From: Massalongia carnosa
Taxonomy: Eukaryota
Reading direction: 5' to 3'
DNA: 64,000 nt
Assembly (NCBI GenBank): GCA_965645245.1
Contig: OZ287088.1
Location: 372,001 to 436,000 of the forward strand
Numbering within the stretch: position 1 is the first letter of the stretch; the number at the start of each line of letters is the position of its first letter. The position numbers and the translations under genes are program-made. The notes beneath the pieces were generated by a model. The model saw only the letters and a program-made list of their open reading frames with translations, did not search any database and had not been told where the DNA came from. Positions 47,864 through 60,933 of the stretch are shown here, in pieces.

Positions 47864-48099
47864 TGTTGAATGCTCAACTTCTACCAGCATTGCCTAGCCG
47901 ATAGATTAGATAAGATCAGATCTAATCTAATCGCATAGAGGCTCGGATAAACTATTATCATCTCGCTTAGCAGAGGTGACCAACATAAAAGGAACAGATT
48001 GCTCTGCACTCCGTAGCAACTCTGCATCCTTAACATCATGGTCATACAGGCCCCTATCTTTGCATAGTCATATAGCCATAGTCATAGACCTATTCAACA
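47864..48099 (+). mobile_element. Diverged LTR related to Copia-D, in opposite orientation
   Basis: TGTTGAA...TTCAACA termini; shares the reverse complement of TATGACTATGGCTATAT and GATGTTAAGGATG; TSD imperfect. Confidence 0.7.
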
Positions 48100-48118
48100 T
48101 TATGCCTTACTGGGATAG

Positions 48119-48444
48119 TGTAATGGGCTACGAGACCAGTAAGCTATTCACAAGCGACACTGATCTCGAAAGGGGAAATGCTCAGCATGAGAGGAGGAAG
48201 ATAGCTACTACGTGCTAGTCTCCGAGAGTATATGTGATCCAAAGAACTAATGGATGTGGAAGTGCTTGGACCAAGAGATCTCGTCCGAGACCCAAACGTA
48301 GGTTGTTCATAGAATAAAGACTAATTGCTAACGAATACTACAAGATTCGTTCTGATATTTATCCTACTCACCCCAAGCCTATAACCTTGGGAGCCTTGGA
48401 GCCTTAGGAGCCTTGCAAGCCTTGGGAGTCTTGCGAGCATTACA
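48119..48444 (+). repeat. Possible LTR remnant
   Basis: TGTAATG...CATTACA inverted ends and AGCCTTG repeats; no TSD or partner found. Confidence 0.3.
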
Positions 48445-49560
48445 GCCTTGCAATCCACATCCGACTTTATCGCATTACATCCAACCATCCCTCAGGATCC
48501 ATCCACGAACTCGGCGTTCGCTGGATCATCTAGTCAGCCTCGAGCAGCCTTCTAGATCTTCCCTTGCAAGGTAGAACAATTCTACCCCCGGCTAGATCCC
48601 TCACTACATGCCTCAGGCTATGTAGCTTCATTTCGCCGTCACCACTACCTAGTGATGGAAGGTTACCTCCGACTGAATACCTCGCTACACTGCGGACCTG
48701 CCTCTAGACACAAGGTCTAGACAACGAGGTCATGTAGGTTCATTCAGCCGACATCACTACTAACGTAGTAATAAAGGTTGAAGCTGAAGTTTACACCGGG
48801 GAGCCTAGCTCAAGCTGCGTCCAGCGAGCCGTGCCTCCTGCTACCTCTCTTGAACCATCAAGAGATCCAGTAGCTCCGAGTAGGCCAGTAGATTCCATAT
48901 AGAGTTCCTTGGCGTCTCCACAGGAGTCCGCCTTACACTCCATGGCAATCTACCACCACGGCCTCGACAGGTGTTTGATCTGTAAGTAGTCAAGAACGTG
49001 ATAACAATAACTCCGAAGTTTCGGGGCAAGATGGCAGTGTGTCAGCCTCGACGGCTTATGCGACTTCGTACTACGGCATGGTCCACGCTAGTTAATCCCG
49101 CAACCGCCATAGGCGATCACGTATCCCTCTAGCGCCATCCGTATTACACCCAACCCAACCAGTTTCGGGGCGTACGTACTGATGTCAGAGAAAAAATCAA
49201 TCAATTGAATTTCAAAGACTCAAATAGAGACTATCGTGAAAAAGAAAATGAGAAATCAACAAGTGAAAGCAAGAGTAGAAAAATCTCTTCAACGATCAAA
49301 ATCATACTCAATAAAGAATAAGATCATCATCAACGTTAATCAGAAAAAGAAGATAAAAGCGTTTACATCAATATAACCCTTTTCATCATTTTCAGCAGAT
49401 AATTAAATTATCAGAAATTCATGACTGTTGAATAACGAATCAAATAATTACGTTTGCAATAATAGCATGAAATTCAGATACACACTTCATCGGGAAATCG
49501 GGAGGACCCTCGAATTGGTCAAATTGTCGACCAATTAACTTGTTGTTTTAGTAACGATTG

Positions 49561-52500
49561 TGTTGAAATAGGTATATGACTATGGCTATATGGCTATGTA
49601 ATAATAAAGGTATGTATGACCGTGATGTTAAGGATGAAGAGTTGCTAGGCAGCAATCTTTTCCTATTACTGGTCACCCCCTTCTAAGCGAGGTGATCTTA
49701 TCTTATCTTGGGACTAAGCCTAATGCGGCATCTACGGTTTCCAATGATCTGTCCATCTAGGGCAGCCGTAGGTGCTATGTCCATCGTACTGATAGGTGTT
49801 CATTGTGCTAGTAGGAATTGGATATTCAACACCCCCCCTCAAGTCCTACCAGTACTTGTTTCCATCGTGGATTCAACCGTGGTTGAACTTCTTTACCTCT
49901 CATGTCTGTTTGTCCATGTTGAGCTGTCTGATAAAGGAGAAGAACTTGACGTGCGTGAGGGTTTTTGTCAGTCCATCTGCAATCATGTCTTCGGTCGGAA
50001 CATAGGTGAGGTCGATTCTTCCTTCTAGCACCTCGTTTCGTATGAAGTAGTGCTGAATGTCGATATACTTGGTCCTGGAGTGTAATACGGGGTTATTGGC
50101 CAGTGCTATGGCGCTTTGATTGTCGCCTTTCAATGCAATTGTGCCTTCTCCTCTTAACACGTTTATTGTCGGGGATCCGTCATCAGAAGTCATCAATCCG
50201 AGTTGAGTCATCAGTAAACGTAGCCATGTTGCCTCCTTTGCTGCTAAGGTGAGTGCCATATACTCTGCTTCGGTTGATGACAATGTGACGGTTGTTTGTC
50301 TTTTGGAACACCAGCTTATTGGTCCATTGTTCAGCATGAACACATAACCTCAGTTGGATTTTCGCTGCTATTTGTCGAAGGTGATGTCTCTATTCTTGGT
50401 ACCGCTGAGGTATCTGAGAATGTGTTTGGCCGCTTCCATAATTGTTTTGCCTGGATTCTTTGCATGTCGACTGATTACGGACGTTGCGAAAGCTATGTCA
50501 GGCTTGGTTTCTATCATTGAGAACGTGATGGATCCGACCATGGTTTGATATTGCTTTATGTCCTTGTCGGAGTCCTGAAATTCATTGATGAAGAGACAGC
50601 CTTCTCGCATGGGAGTGCTTTATGGTTTTGTTGACTCGATCTCGTTCGACTTTAAGGCCTAGATAGTAGCTGATTGGTCCCATGTTTACCATCTTGAAAG
50701 CTAGCTTGAGCTGTTTCTTGACTTCGGTGATCATCGGGGAACCCTTTGGGCCTATGATGTTCAAATCGTCAACGAAAGAGGTAACAATGTGTCCTTTTAT
50801 CCCTTGAGGTGTGACGAAAATGTTATGATCTGCGTGGAGTTTCTCCAATCCTAATTTGCTCAATAGAAAAGCTGACAGTCATTCATACCAGAGACGCGGA
50901 GACTGTTCAAACCGTACAGGGCTTTGTTCAACCTACACACCATGCCAGCTGTGTCATATCCTTTCGGCATGTGGACATAGATGAGTTGATAATGAGACCG
51001 TTCAGAAAAGCTGTCACTATATCCAGTCGCTCGATGTGCAGATAGTGATGAGCAGCTAACGCGAATAGCAAGCGAAAAGCCATTGTTTGACCATAGATGC
51101 AAAGGTTTGATCGAAATCTACTCAGTATTGTTGTAGATATCCTTTGACAACCCATCTGGCTTTAAAGCGAACGATCTTTTCATTTACGTCCCGTTTCAGC
51201 TTGAATACTCATTTGCCACTTAAGACTATATGTCCGGGTTCCATGGACTCGGTAGGTAATGTATCCCAGGTTTTATTCTCCAGCAGACTTTTGATCTCAT
51301 CCATTACCCAGACTGACTCCATTCGTTTGCGTATTTGGAGTTCATTGCTTGATGGTATGTTGAGTCGTACGTGGGTAGAGCGGTCCCATATTTGAATGTG
51401 GCGTTTTCATGAATTCGTAAGTCCTTGACCCTGATGACCTTGTAGTCTTTTTCCATAAAGACGCGATAGATGGTGCTTCTGTCATATCCACACAGGATTC
51501 CTTTCTGAGCCCTCGGAGAAAATTTAGCAGCCTTGCTGTTTATTCCTTTTCGCTCTTTTTCGTGAATTAATGCATAGACTGTAGATCCGAGAATTCTCAT
51601 GTGATCCAGCTTAGGTGACTTCTTCTCGAAGATCTCATACGGGGTTTTACCTGCTAAGGCGTTGGTTGGTCTGATGTTCTTGGTGTGAACCATGGCTAGA
51701 ACCACTTCTGCCCACAAGTAGTCTGGAATGTCTCCGGCAATGACACTGCATCTTGTCATGTCCATGATGGTTCTTCCCATTCGTTCCGCGACTCCGTTTT
51801 CCTCTTGAGTATGGAGCAGCTGTTTCAAACGTTATGCCTTGTTCCAAGGACCAAACGTCTGACTTGTGACTGCGAAGCTCCGTGCCGAAGTCAGTGCGAA
51901 AACTGCTTATGAGTTTAGCCTTTCCGGATTTGTTTTGAGCCATGCTGTAGTATGTCAACAAGTGATCAAACCATTCACTCTTCTTGTGTCCGGTATAGAC
52001 ATGAGTGTATCTGCTAGCATCAGAGGTGAAAGTGAAGAAGTAAAGTTCTTCAAGAAGTCCTGATGGCTTGATTAGTCCCACTAGGTCAGAGTTTATCTTT
52101 TGAAAGAGCTCTGTGGCCTTCTCTTGCCGTGTTCGGTTATATATCTTCTTGGCTTTTCCCATTTCGCATGCATGGAAAAACCAACCGTGGTTGATATCGT
52201 CATCGTACGTTATGTCTAGCGTTTTCAGATATTTTCGACACGTTGCTATGTTGAGATGACCAAGCCTTCCATGCCATGTAGTGAGTTTTGATTTGACAGA
52301 TAATGACGTCCAGTCCTTGATAGGTGTCCTCGTCCACTTTGCTCAACTGCATCCTCAAATCTGGAGTGTCAATGGTCGTTGGAATGTTGGTTGAAGTATG
52401 AGATAAGTCCGCCCTTCGTTTCTAACGAGGTAGTCTTTTGTTTCTTTGCTCTTCCGGATTCGAGCGAACTTCTATGTCTTTTTAACTGTGGAAACTTCTA

Positions 52501-55500
52501 CAAACAGGTATCTAGCCAATGACGAGTGTTCTTTCTCTTGACACATTAAGAGAAGGTGCAGTTCCCTGATGGGGCTCGACCTCTTGAGTCAGGCGTGCTG
52601 ATATGAAGTGCCTTGGTGATTTTCATGTTGACATAATAAGCAATAATGGTCTTCATTGCTTCCGAGAGGTTTGTGGTTTCGTATGTTCAATCTCGTCGAA
52701 GTTGGGCTATCAATGGGGAATAGACGTCTGGTGTTACCCAGCATCATTCCCTTAAGCATAAACTCCACGGTATGCACATCCACTTTGGCCTTGTCGTCCA
52801 GTATTCCTTTAATCTTGTTTAAAGCGCTCTCGTAATATGCACAGTATAGACTGGTCGTCTCGAAGTCGGTCATCTTCTTGGAACTAACCTTCAGAATGAT
52901 GTCGCTGATGCTCATTGGTGCTATATCTTGGAATCTATCCTTCAGGATTTTCCACATTTCTGCCGCATTCTTGTTGTCGATGAGGCTGTAATGGCACTCC
53001 GCAACTAATCCGTGAATGATTCCTATAGCCTTGGTCATCTCGGCCTTCTGTCTATTCTTCTAGTCACGCAGTTCTTTTACCAAGATGCTGACTGAAATAC
53101 CTTTGGCGTCGAAGCCTGCTTGTATTAAACCTTCCTTGATGGTTTCAGCGGTGATTTCTGATTGATTCTCTAGAATGGCTCCTTCGCAGTTGTTCTTGAG
53201 CAGAATGCCCTTCGTATAGCTTGCCCATGCCGAATATCTTTCGGCTTTCTCCAAAAGATGTGACGTATCTATGATAGACATAATGGGAGAATGGGGAGCA
53301 ATTGAACAAGGCGAGAAACTTAGTAGTGACTGAAAGAATGTGGATCTGTGACCTTTCTTATAGACAAGGAAAAAACAGTCCCTCCTTAGCCAGTGTCCAC
53401 TCTGATGTCTCAACAGAGAAACCTGTTTGCTTAACATGCTTGTTTGCCATGATGAGAATTTCAACTTCGGCTTTTTCAAGGGTCCAATTGACCAGAAGCA
53501 AATTGAGCGCAGGGTTATTCCAATTTGATTTAACCGGCTTTAGGCCGGTTAAATAATAAGAGGCAACTGCCGCACAATCTCATCTAGTGCCTTAAGAAGG
53601 CATAATTGCCAAAAAGAAAGGTCTTTGTGCCTTCGATCAATGAGTTTACTAAGCTCTTTGATATCCGAGGGATTTTGTATTTTTTGCGTGTCCAGAACTC
53701 AACCACGGGTGAAACTGACGCTTTGATGATTTTTGAACCAATGGGGCGCTCAGGGCCAGCAATATACTTTTTTTGCCTTCGACCATCGAGCTTAGCGAGC
53801 TCTTTTGGTGTCCGAGGACTTGAGTGCCTTCGACCATCGAGCTTAGCAAGCTCTTCTGGTGTCCGAGGACTTGGGTGCCTTCGACCATCGAGCATAGCAA
53901 GCTCTTTTGGTGTCCGAGGACTTGAGTGCCTTCGACCATCGAGCATAGCAAGCTCTTCTGGTGTCCGAGGACTTAAGTGCCTTCGACCATCGAGCATAGC
54001 AAGCTCTTCTGGTGTCCAAGGACTTGAGTGCCTTCGACCATCGAGCTTAGCAAGCTCTTTGGTGTCCGAGGGCTTGAGTGCCTTCGACCATCGGGCTTAG
54101 CAAGCTCTTTGGTGTCCGAGGACTTGAGTGCCTTCGACCATCGAGCTTAGCAAGCTCTTTGGTGTCCGAGGATTTAAGTGCCTTCGACCATCGAGCTTAG
54201 CAAGCTCTTCTGGTGTCCGAGGACTTGGGTGCCTTCGACCATCGAGCTTAGCAAGCTCTTTGGTGTCCGAGGACTTGGGTGCCTTCGACCATCGAGCTTA
54301 GCAAGCTCTTTGGTGTCCGAGGACTTGAGTGCCTTCGACCATCGAGCATTGCAAGCTCTTTTGGTGTCCGAGGACTTGAGTGCCTTCGACCATCGAGCAT
54401 AGCAAGCTCTTCTGGTGTCCGAGGACTTAAGTGCCTTCGACCATCGAGCATAGCAAGCTCTTCTGGTGTCCAAGGACTTGAGTGCCTTCGACCATCGAGC
54501 ATAGCAAGCTCTTTGGTGTCCGAGGGCTTGAGTGCCTTCGACCATCGGGCTTAGCAAGCTCTTTGGTGTCCGAGGACTTGAGTGCCTTCGACCATCGAGC
54601 TTAGCAAGCTCTTTGGTGTCCGAGGATTTAAGTGCCTTCGACCATCGAGCTTAGCAAGCTCTTCTGGTGTCCGAGGACTTGGGTGCCTTCGACCATCGAG
54701 CTTAGCAAGCTCTTTGGTGTCCGAGGACTTGGGTGCCTTCGACCATCGAGCTTAGCAAGCTCTTTGGTGTCCGAGGACTTGAGTGCCTTCGACCATCGAG
54801 CATTGCAAGCTCTTTTGGTGTCCGAGGACTTGAGTGCCTTCGACCATCGAGCTTAGCAAGCTCTTTGGTGTCCGAGGGCTTGAGTGCCTTCGACCAGCGG
54901 GCTTAGCAAGCTCTTTGGTGTCCGAGGACTTGATTGCCTTCGACCATCGAGCTTAGCAAGCTCTTTGGTGTCCGAGGGCTTGAGTGCCTTCGACCATCGG
55001 GCTTGGCAAGCTCTTTGGTGTCCGAGGGCTTGAGTGCCTTCGACCATCGGGCTTGGCAAGCTCTTTGGTGTCCGAGGACTTGATTGCCTTCGACCATCGA
55101 GCTTAGCAAGCTCTTTGGTGTCCGAGGACTTGATTGCCTTCGACCATCGAGCTTGGCAAGCTCTTTGGTGTCCGAGGACTTGATTGCCTTCGACCATCGA
55201 GCTTAGCAAGCTCTTTGGTGTCCGAGGGCTTCGGTGTAGTACGATCAATGTGTTCATGCTCTTTCTAATACGCAGTTTTTGTGCTTCTGACAAGAAATCG
55301 CTGTGTACAGAAGAGAGAACTGATTGATGTGATTTGAGGGATCGTTTCTAAAGACACAGAAAGAATTTAGTCATGGGTCTACGATTCATTGAATAGGAAC
55401 GATGCTTAGCTGATTGCACTGCGATGCTGCGGATTAAAAGCTTCGATTCATTTAAATCGATAGCACCCTTCCGGGCTCATAACCTGTTGAAATAGGTATA

Positions 55501-55731
55501 TGACTATGGCTATATGGCTATGTAATAATAAAGGTATGTATGACCGTGATGTTAAGGATGAAGAGTTCCTATTACTGGTCACCCCCTTCTAAGCGAGGTG
55601 ATCTTATCTTATCTTGGGACTAAGCCTAATGCGGCATCTACGGTTTCCATAGATGATCTGTCCATCTAGGGCAGCCGTAGGTGCTATGTTCATCGTACTG
55701 ATAGGTGTTCATTGTGCTGGTAGGAATTGCA
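49561..55731 (-). mobile_element. Ty1/Copia element D, degraded
   Basis: LTRs 49561-49831 and 55485-55731; TSD GATTG; PBS at 55473-55484; G-run PPT; fragmented gag/IN/RT/RNase H at 49900-53283. Confidence 0.92.
53775..55230. repeat. Tandem array of about 29 copies of a 50-51-bp unit in the Copia-D 5' leader
   Basis: Unit GTGCCTTCGACCATCGAGCTTAGCAAGCTCTTTGGTGTCCGAGGACTTGA. Confidence 0.97.
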
Positions 55732-56147
55732 GATTGTAACAAATCTTGCGTATGTCAAAATACACTGCTTTTGTTTTCTTTTCGAGCGCTTGATGCTGCA
55801 AGATACGACAATAAAGACACACCAGTCAAGTATATTATCAAGATTTGGGTTAAATAATGTTATGTGAGTTCTCTCATATTGTCGTCCTCGCTCGCAGAGT
55901 CTTCATCTGCTTGAGATTGCGCCCAGTTTCCTCTTCGTATCATTACTCTGTGCACCTGTTCCACCCGATCCAAAAACGAACTACAGTCAGATCGGGTTAT
56001 AAGAAACTGCTGATTAAGAAACCTCGGCTAGTAAGAAACTCGGACGAAAAGACCGGTTTTTTTTTTGGTGAGGAATAAGAAACCTCGCTCTATTAGAAAG
56101 TTTCTTAACTTTCTTTAAAAATTTTGCGGTGGTTTCTTATAGTAAAT

Positions 56148-57902
56148 ATGACTTCTCCTTCGACTTCTTTGAGATATAATAGTCAAAATTCGGAGATTCC
56201 ATCTCCTTCATCTCGAAATCCTCGAAAACGTCCTACATCCCCGCTTTCTCCCAGAGAGAGAAGCAGAAAAAAGCGTGACGCCTTTACCGACGATCAACGA
56301 CGAGCATTACGACAGCGTTACCAAGATCCTGCTGTATCTGGAGATGACAAGAAATACGAAAAACTGGCAGTTTGGTTTGACAATCTTTACCGCCATAAAA
56401 TTGACAAAGGACAAGTTTCCAAAATCCTCTCACATAAATGGGCTCATCTGGATACATCTCACGCATTGCTACGCCCGAATCTGAAGAAAACTCGAACGGC
56501 ACATTGGCCTGAATTAGAAACGGCCTTATTTGAGTGGCAACAGCGCATGCAACACAAAAGAGCGCCTTTGTCGGGCGATTTGTTAAGAGAAATGGCCTTG
56601 AAATTTTGGAAACGATTGCCTCTGTACCGTAATGAACCACCTCCCAGGTTCTCTATTGGATGGCTGGATTCTTTCAAAAGAAGATACAAGATTACAAAAC
56701 ATAGACAACACGGCGAGCTCGGTTCCGTCAAGCGTGTGGAGGTTGAAGAAGAGCTAGAAGTAATACGAGTACAGCTATTATCATACGATCAGGAAGATAT
56801 CTACAACATGGATGAAACTGCGTTATTTTGGAAGGCTACACCCAGTACTACATTGGCTACGGAACAGCTCCTAGGCGGCAAGGTGGAAAAAGCGAGAATT
56901 ACTGCAAATTTCTGTTGCAATGCTACTGGAACTCACAAGCTTCCCATATGGTTCATTGGGACGGCCAAAAATCCGCGTGCTTTTGGTTCACAGGGTGTTC
57001 ACGCTTGTAACCTGCATATGGTATGGCGCAGTAATAGCAGAGCTTGGATGTCGGGCGATATATTTTGGGAGTATTTACGCTGGTTTAATGGCAACGTAAG
57101 TCGTAAGGTTGTATTGTTAATTGACAATTTTTCAGCCCATCAAAGCGGCTGGGATATCATAATTGCTGAAGGTGGTTTATCCAATGTTAGCGTTATATTT
57201 CTACCAGCCAATGCTACCAGCTTATGCCAGCCACTGGATCAGGGTATTATAGGCGCTTTCAAGGTTCATTATAGACAACGCTGGCTAGAGTACATGGCCT
57301 CCGAATATGACGCAGATAGGGAGCCGTTAAAAACCATCAACGTACTGATGGCAATACGTTGGTGCGTAGCTGCCTGGAATTACGGTGTTACTCAGTTAAC
57401 TATCTCTAATTGTTGGCTGAAATCCCGTGTAATCGGGGCAAAATATGGGCCAATGACTCTAGAAGAGGCGGAGAAATATGGCTATCTCAATGAGACTCAG
57501 GCGCAAGAGCAAGAAACGGAGCAACGATTACAGATACAAGCTACAATACGGCGTTTGGAAGACCGTGGTCATATACAAAGCGCCATGCGTATTGGCGAAT
57601 TTCTGAACCCTGTTGAAGAGGTGGTAGAGGATACCGAAGAGGATTTGGAGGATCACATCGTTGCTATATATGGTAGCCATGAAAGAGAATACGAGACGGA
57701 GGAGGAGGAGGTCATTGTATCACGTGTCCAAAACAAGGACGCTCTACGAGCTCTTGAAACGTTACGGTTATATGAGGAGCAACGAGAGGTCGGTGACGAT
57801 GATTTGATACGTCGTCTGAATCGTAAGGAGTGGGATATCAGGACCTCAATGGCGGTTAGCTCTAGGCAAGCTGTAATGACGGATTTCTTTGCCATTAGGT
57901 AG
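56148..57902 (+). CDS. CENP-B/pogo-type transposase, intact ORF
   Basis: HTH (FSIGWLDSFKRRY), NMDETAL, IDNFSAH, QPLDQGII. Confidence 0.93.
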   Translation: MTSPSTSLRYNSQNSEIPSPSSRNPRKRPTSPLSPRERSRKKRDAFTDDQRRALRQRYQDPAVSGDDKKYEKLAVWFDNLYRHKIDKGQVSKILSHKWAHLDTSHALLRPNLKKTRTAHWPELETALFEWQQRMQHKRAPLSGDLLREMALKFWKRLPLYRNEPPPRFSIGWLDSFKRRYKITKHRQHGELGSVKRVEVEEELEVIRVQLLSYDQEDIYNMDETALFWKATPSTTLATEQLLGGKVEKARITANFCCNATGTHKLPIWFIGTAKNPRAFGSQGVHACNLHMVWRSNSRAWMSGDIFWEYLRWFNGNVSRKVVLLIDNFSAHQSGWDIIIAEGGLSNVSVIFLPANATSLCQPLDQGIIGAFKVHYRQRWLEYMASEYDADREPLKTINVLMAIRWCVAAWNYGVTQLTISNCWLKSRVIGAKYGPMTLEEAEKYGYLNETQAQEQETEQRLQIQATIRRLEDRGHIQSAMRIGEFLNPVEEVVEDTEEDLEDHIVAIYGSHEREYETEEEEVIVSRVQNKDALRALETLRLYEEQREVGDDDLIRRLNRKEWDIRTSMAVSSRQAVMTDFFAIR

Positions 57903-57943
57903 TCGATAGGTATAGTCTTGAAAATATGCCAAGAATTTTGATA

Positions 57944-60580
57944 GAGTACGGATACGTGGACACCCCTTTGGTTACCTGGACACCCCCCAGTGATACACGG
58001 ACACCCCCTTCCTAGAATAGGTAAGAATCAAGGGTTCAGCCCCCTCACTTACCCACTTCGGGGTAAGCTCCCGGGCGCATATCGGGGAAATTTTTCCTTC
58101 ACCTTTTGAAAGTGGTCGAGAATTTCTGAAACGAAGTCGATTGGCACTGGCTTTGCAAATCAGACTCTGATTCTAGAAACTAAGCCTCATTTGGTCTAAT
58201 TAATGATGATAACCTCCTCATCTCCGCTTGCTGTCGCTGTCCCCCCCCCCCTGTCGCCGTCCCCGCCTCCGAGTCATTTGTAGTCAGCCTATCTGCCAAT
58301 CCCCTTGTTATAACCCCTCCTCTAGCCCTACCTCCCCGTCCCCGTCCCCATCCCGATCCCCGTCCCCGTCTGCCTCGTCCACGACCAGGTGCCGGGTCCG
58401 CTCGATGAACGGCTGATTGATCTGCATCCGGGTCCACCAGCTCGAAAAGGGAAGGATCACGATTAGTAGATGCCTCGAATGCTTGCTGTCTTCTATTCAA
58501 ATTCTCCGCACCTGGAGATCTGCCCCTTGGTCTAGCAACTTCGGGTGCCTGAACCCGAAGATAAGGATTATCAATAGCCACACGGGCTGTCCTATCAAAC
58601 CTCCAATGAGGATGAATATCTTCCAATAGCAACTTTCCCCCCCATCCCCATACAATCGTTCCTGAATCTTATGACTGCACGGAAGACCCATGGTTAAACT
58701 GAACGTTCCAGTACAGGCCGGAATAGCTGTTGGTTGACCAACCAAACGTTCGTATTGAGGCATTATCTTTCTCAAAGCATAGGAAGTGACGTATGGACTG
58801 ATTTCCTGAAAGATAGGTTTGCGAATATCCATAGGTAGTCGCACCTTCGCTTCATCAAGACGAATCAGATGATTGTGAAGTTCATTGATCAATAGAAGAT
58901 TGATTCCGTCCACCACCGTCTTAAGATCTCTAGATGATGACCCTAGCTGTCGCTTAAGTACTGCATGCCCACCTTCACCTCGAGAGGTAGTGGTGGTTTC
59001 GAAATGAGTAATCATACTGGTATAGCACTTGACAAAACGATGTCGGAAGGGTATGTAGATGTCGTTTAGATATTCCACACATTGATCCTGACCCTGATAC
59101 TGAATCCTGAATCGCTCCCATGACTCCAAAAACTCTGGTTCTGACGAGGCATAAACGACCGTTTTCCAGTCAGCGAAGAAGGAGTCCCACGCCTCTTTGG
59201 TATCGAAGCTCTTCTTGCAATTGGTCAGGACGTTATTATTGATGTGCCATAAGCAAAGCAGATGATTGGTTGCGGGGAAAACATCCTCAATTCCAGCTAT
59301 CAGACTCTTTTCCATGTCCGTGACTATGACGATCGGGTTAGGAAGCATCATCCCATCATACATACCTCGCAATTGCTGCAACATCCAGGTATAATCAGAC
59401 GTGGCTTCCTTGGCCATGAAGCAAAATGCCACATAGAAGTTGGTATGTAGGGCGGTTTGACCACTGATGATCAATAAGGGCATCTTATATCTGTTGGTTT
59501 TGTAAGTGGCGTCCATCACCAACACCTCGTAATTCGTCTTCAATAGTCGTTGAGAACAGCCCTTAATAAAGAATAAATGAGTTATTCTATCTAGATCATC
59601 CTTTTGCATCTGATACGTCCAATCTCCTTGATCCAGCTCTCGGATTAATGCCTGAACCGGAGTCAATGGGCCGAGTGTCTCGCGACGAAGCTGTGCTTTG
59701 ACGTTGTAGATATCCCGAGGTTTGAATAAGGGATTGATGATGTAGGGATTTTCTGGATCGTCAAAATTGATTCCCGTCGTCGGATCAGCAACACGAAGAC
59801 TAGATAAAATCTTGAAAGGGGCTGTTTGCACGATCAGAGCTCGGGAAATCTCACTTTTAACCTCTTTCGTCATCGCCAATTTCCTCAACGCTGGATGAGC
59901 ACCAGCGAGGGTAGAAGCATGATTATGAGTCGATTTGACCACCTCCAAAAACCAGATACCACTGTCGTTTTCTCGTGTGGCCACACAAGAGAAAGGGCAT
60001 TCAATTCGTCGGCTACCCGTATGTCGCCGATCCTGACCTCTTGGTCCGTCGGTTTTTCTTCCTCGATCACATATCAGCCATGCCTTTCTTGTTACCTTAA
60101 GTTTCGACTTCTTGGTTCGACCCAAAACGACTGCGTATCCTTGACGACCAGCATGCTCATTGACTCGTAGAACCAGGTCTTCCAGACTTTCAAAACTTTG
60201 TCCATCCTCGGGGGGTGCAAGTCCGCCAGGGGGTAGAGGGCCAGGTGGTCGGGGTGGAGTAGCTGGTTCATCTTCGAGGGGTGCAAGTCCGTCAGGAGGT
60301 GGGGCAGAGGTTGGGGGTCAGGAGGTGGTGCAGACATAATAAAGTGTCAAAATGTTGGTAATGATGATGTTTACGAAGTGCCAAAATGTTGGTGTTTACG
60401 GTTGAAAAAAAATTCCCGAGGTGCACCCTCGGGAGCTTACCCCGAAGTGGGTAAGTGAGGGGGCTGAACCCTTGATTCTTACCTATTCTAGGAAGGGGGT
60501 GTCCGTGTATCACTGGGGGGTGTCCAGGTAACCTCAGGGGGTGTCCAGGTAGCCAAAGGGGTGTCCACGTATCCGTACTC
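57944..60580 (-). mobile_element. Mutator-like element MULE-1, nested downstream of the pogo ORF
   Basis: About 150-bp TIRs starting GAGTACGGATACGTGGACACCCC; 8-bp TSD TTTTGATA. Confidence 0.95.
58180..60337 (-). pseudogene. MULE-1 transposase with frameshifts
   Basis: CDRG..CPF..HNH DNA-binding region; MDATYKTN, VTDME, LCLWH, SRGEGGH; SWIM-like C..GLPCSH. Confidence 0.9.
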
Positions 60581-60933
60581 TTTTGATATTAGAAACCTCG
60601 CTTAATAAGAAACCTAGGTGCTACGATTTTGGAGTTTCTTATAACCCGATCTGACTGTATTTAGAAGTAGGATGTACTATATGTAATATATACCCACGCT
60701 AAAAATGACTAACAAGTATTGAAACAGCTAGCTCTGGTATTAAACTTTAGCTTGTCCGATTACTTTTGACTTAGACCTCCGTACCTATTTCAAAACTTCG
60801 TTATTAAGAATAAGTTTTATCTTCATGTTCAGTTTGAAAATGTTTAATATATGAATACGCGCAAAATATTCGTCAATGAATTCGACTTTACTTTTAGGGT
60901 TCGGATACGGGGACACCGGGTAGGATGCATGTA

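Larger units (their letters stand above)
55984..60657 (+). mobile_element. pogo/Tigger-like (CENP-B type) DNA transposon
   Basis: Perfect 25-bp TIRs CAGTCAGATCGGGTTATAAGAAACT; TA TSD; subterminal AGAAACCT repeats. Confidence 0.95.

Noticed and set aside
53775..55230. CRISPR-like array, or protein-coding repeat ORFs
   Set aside because: Units are head-to-tail with no unique spacers and there are no cas genes; the ORFs shift frame with the 50/51-bp units
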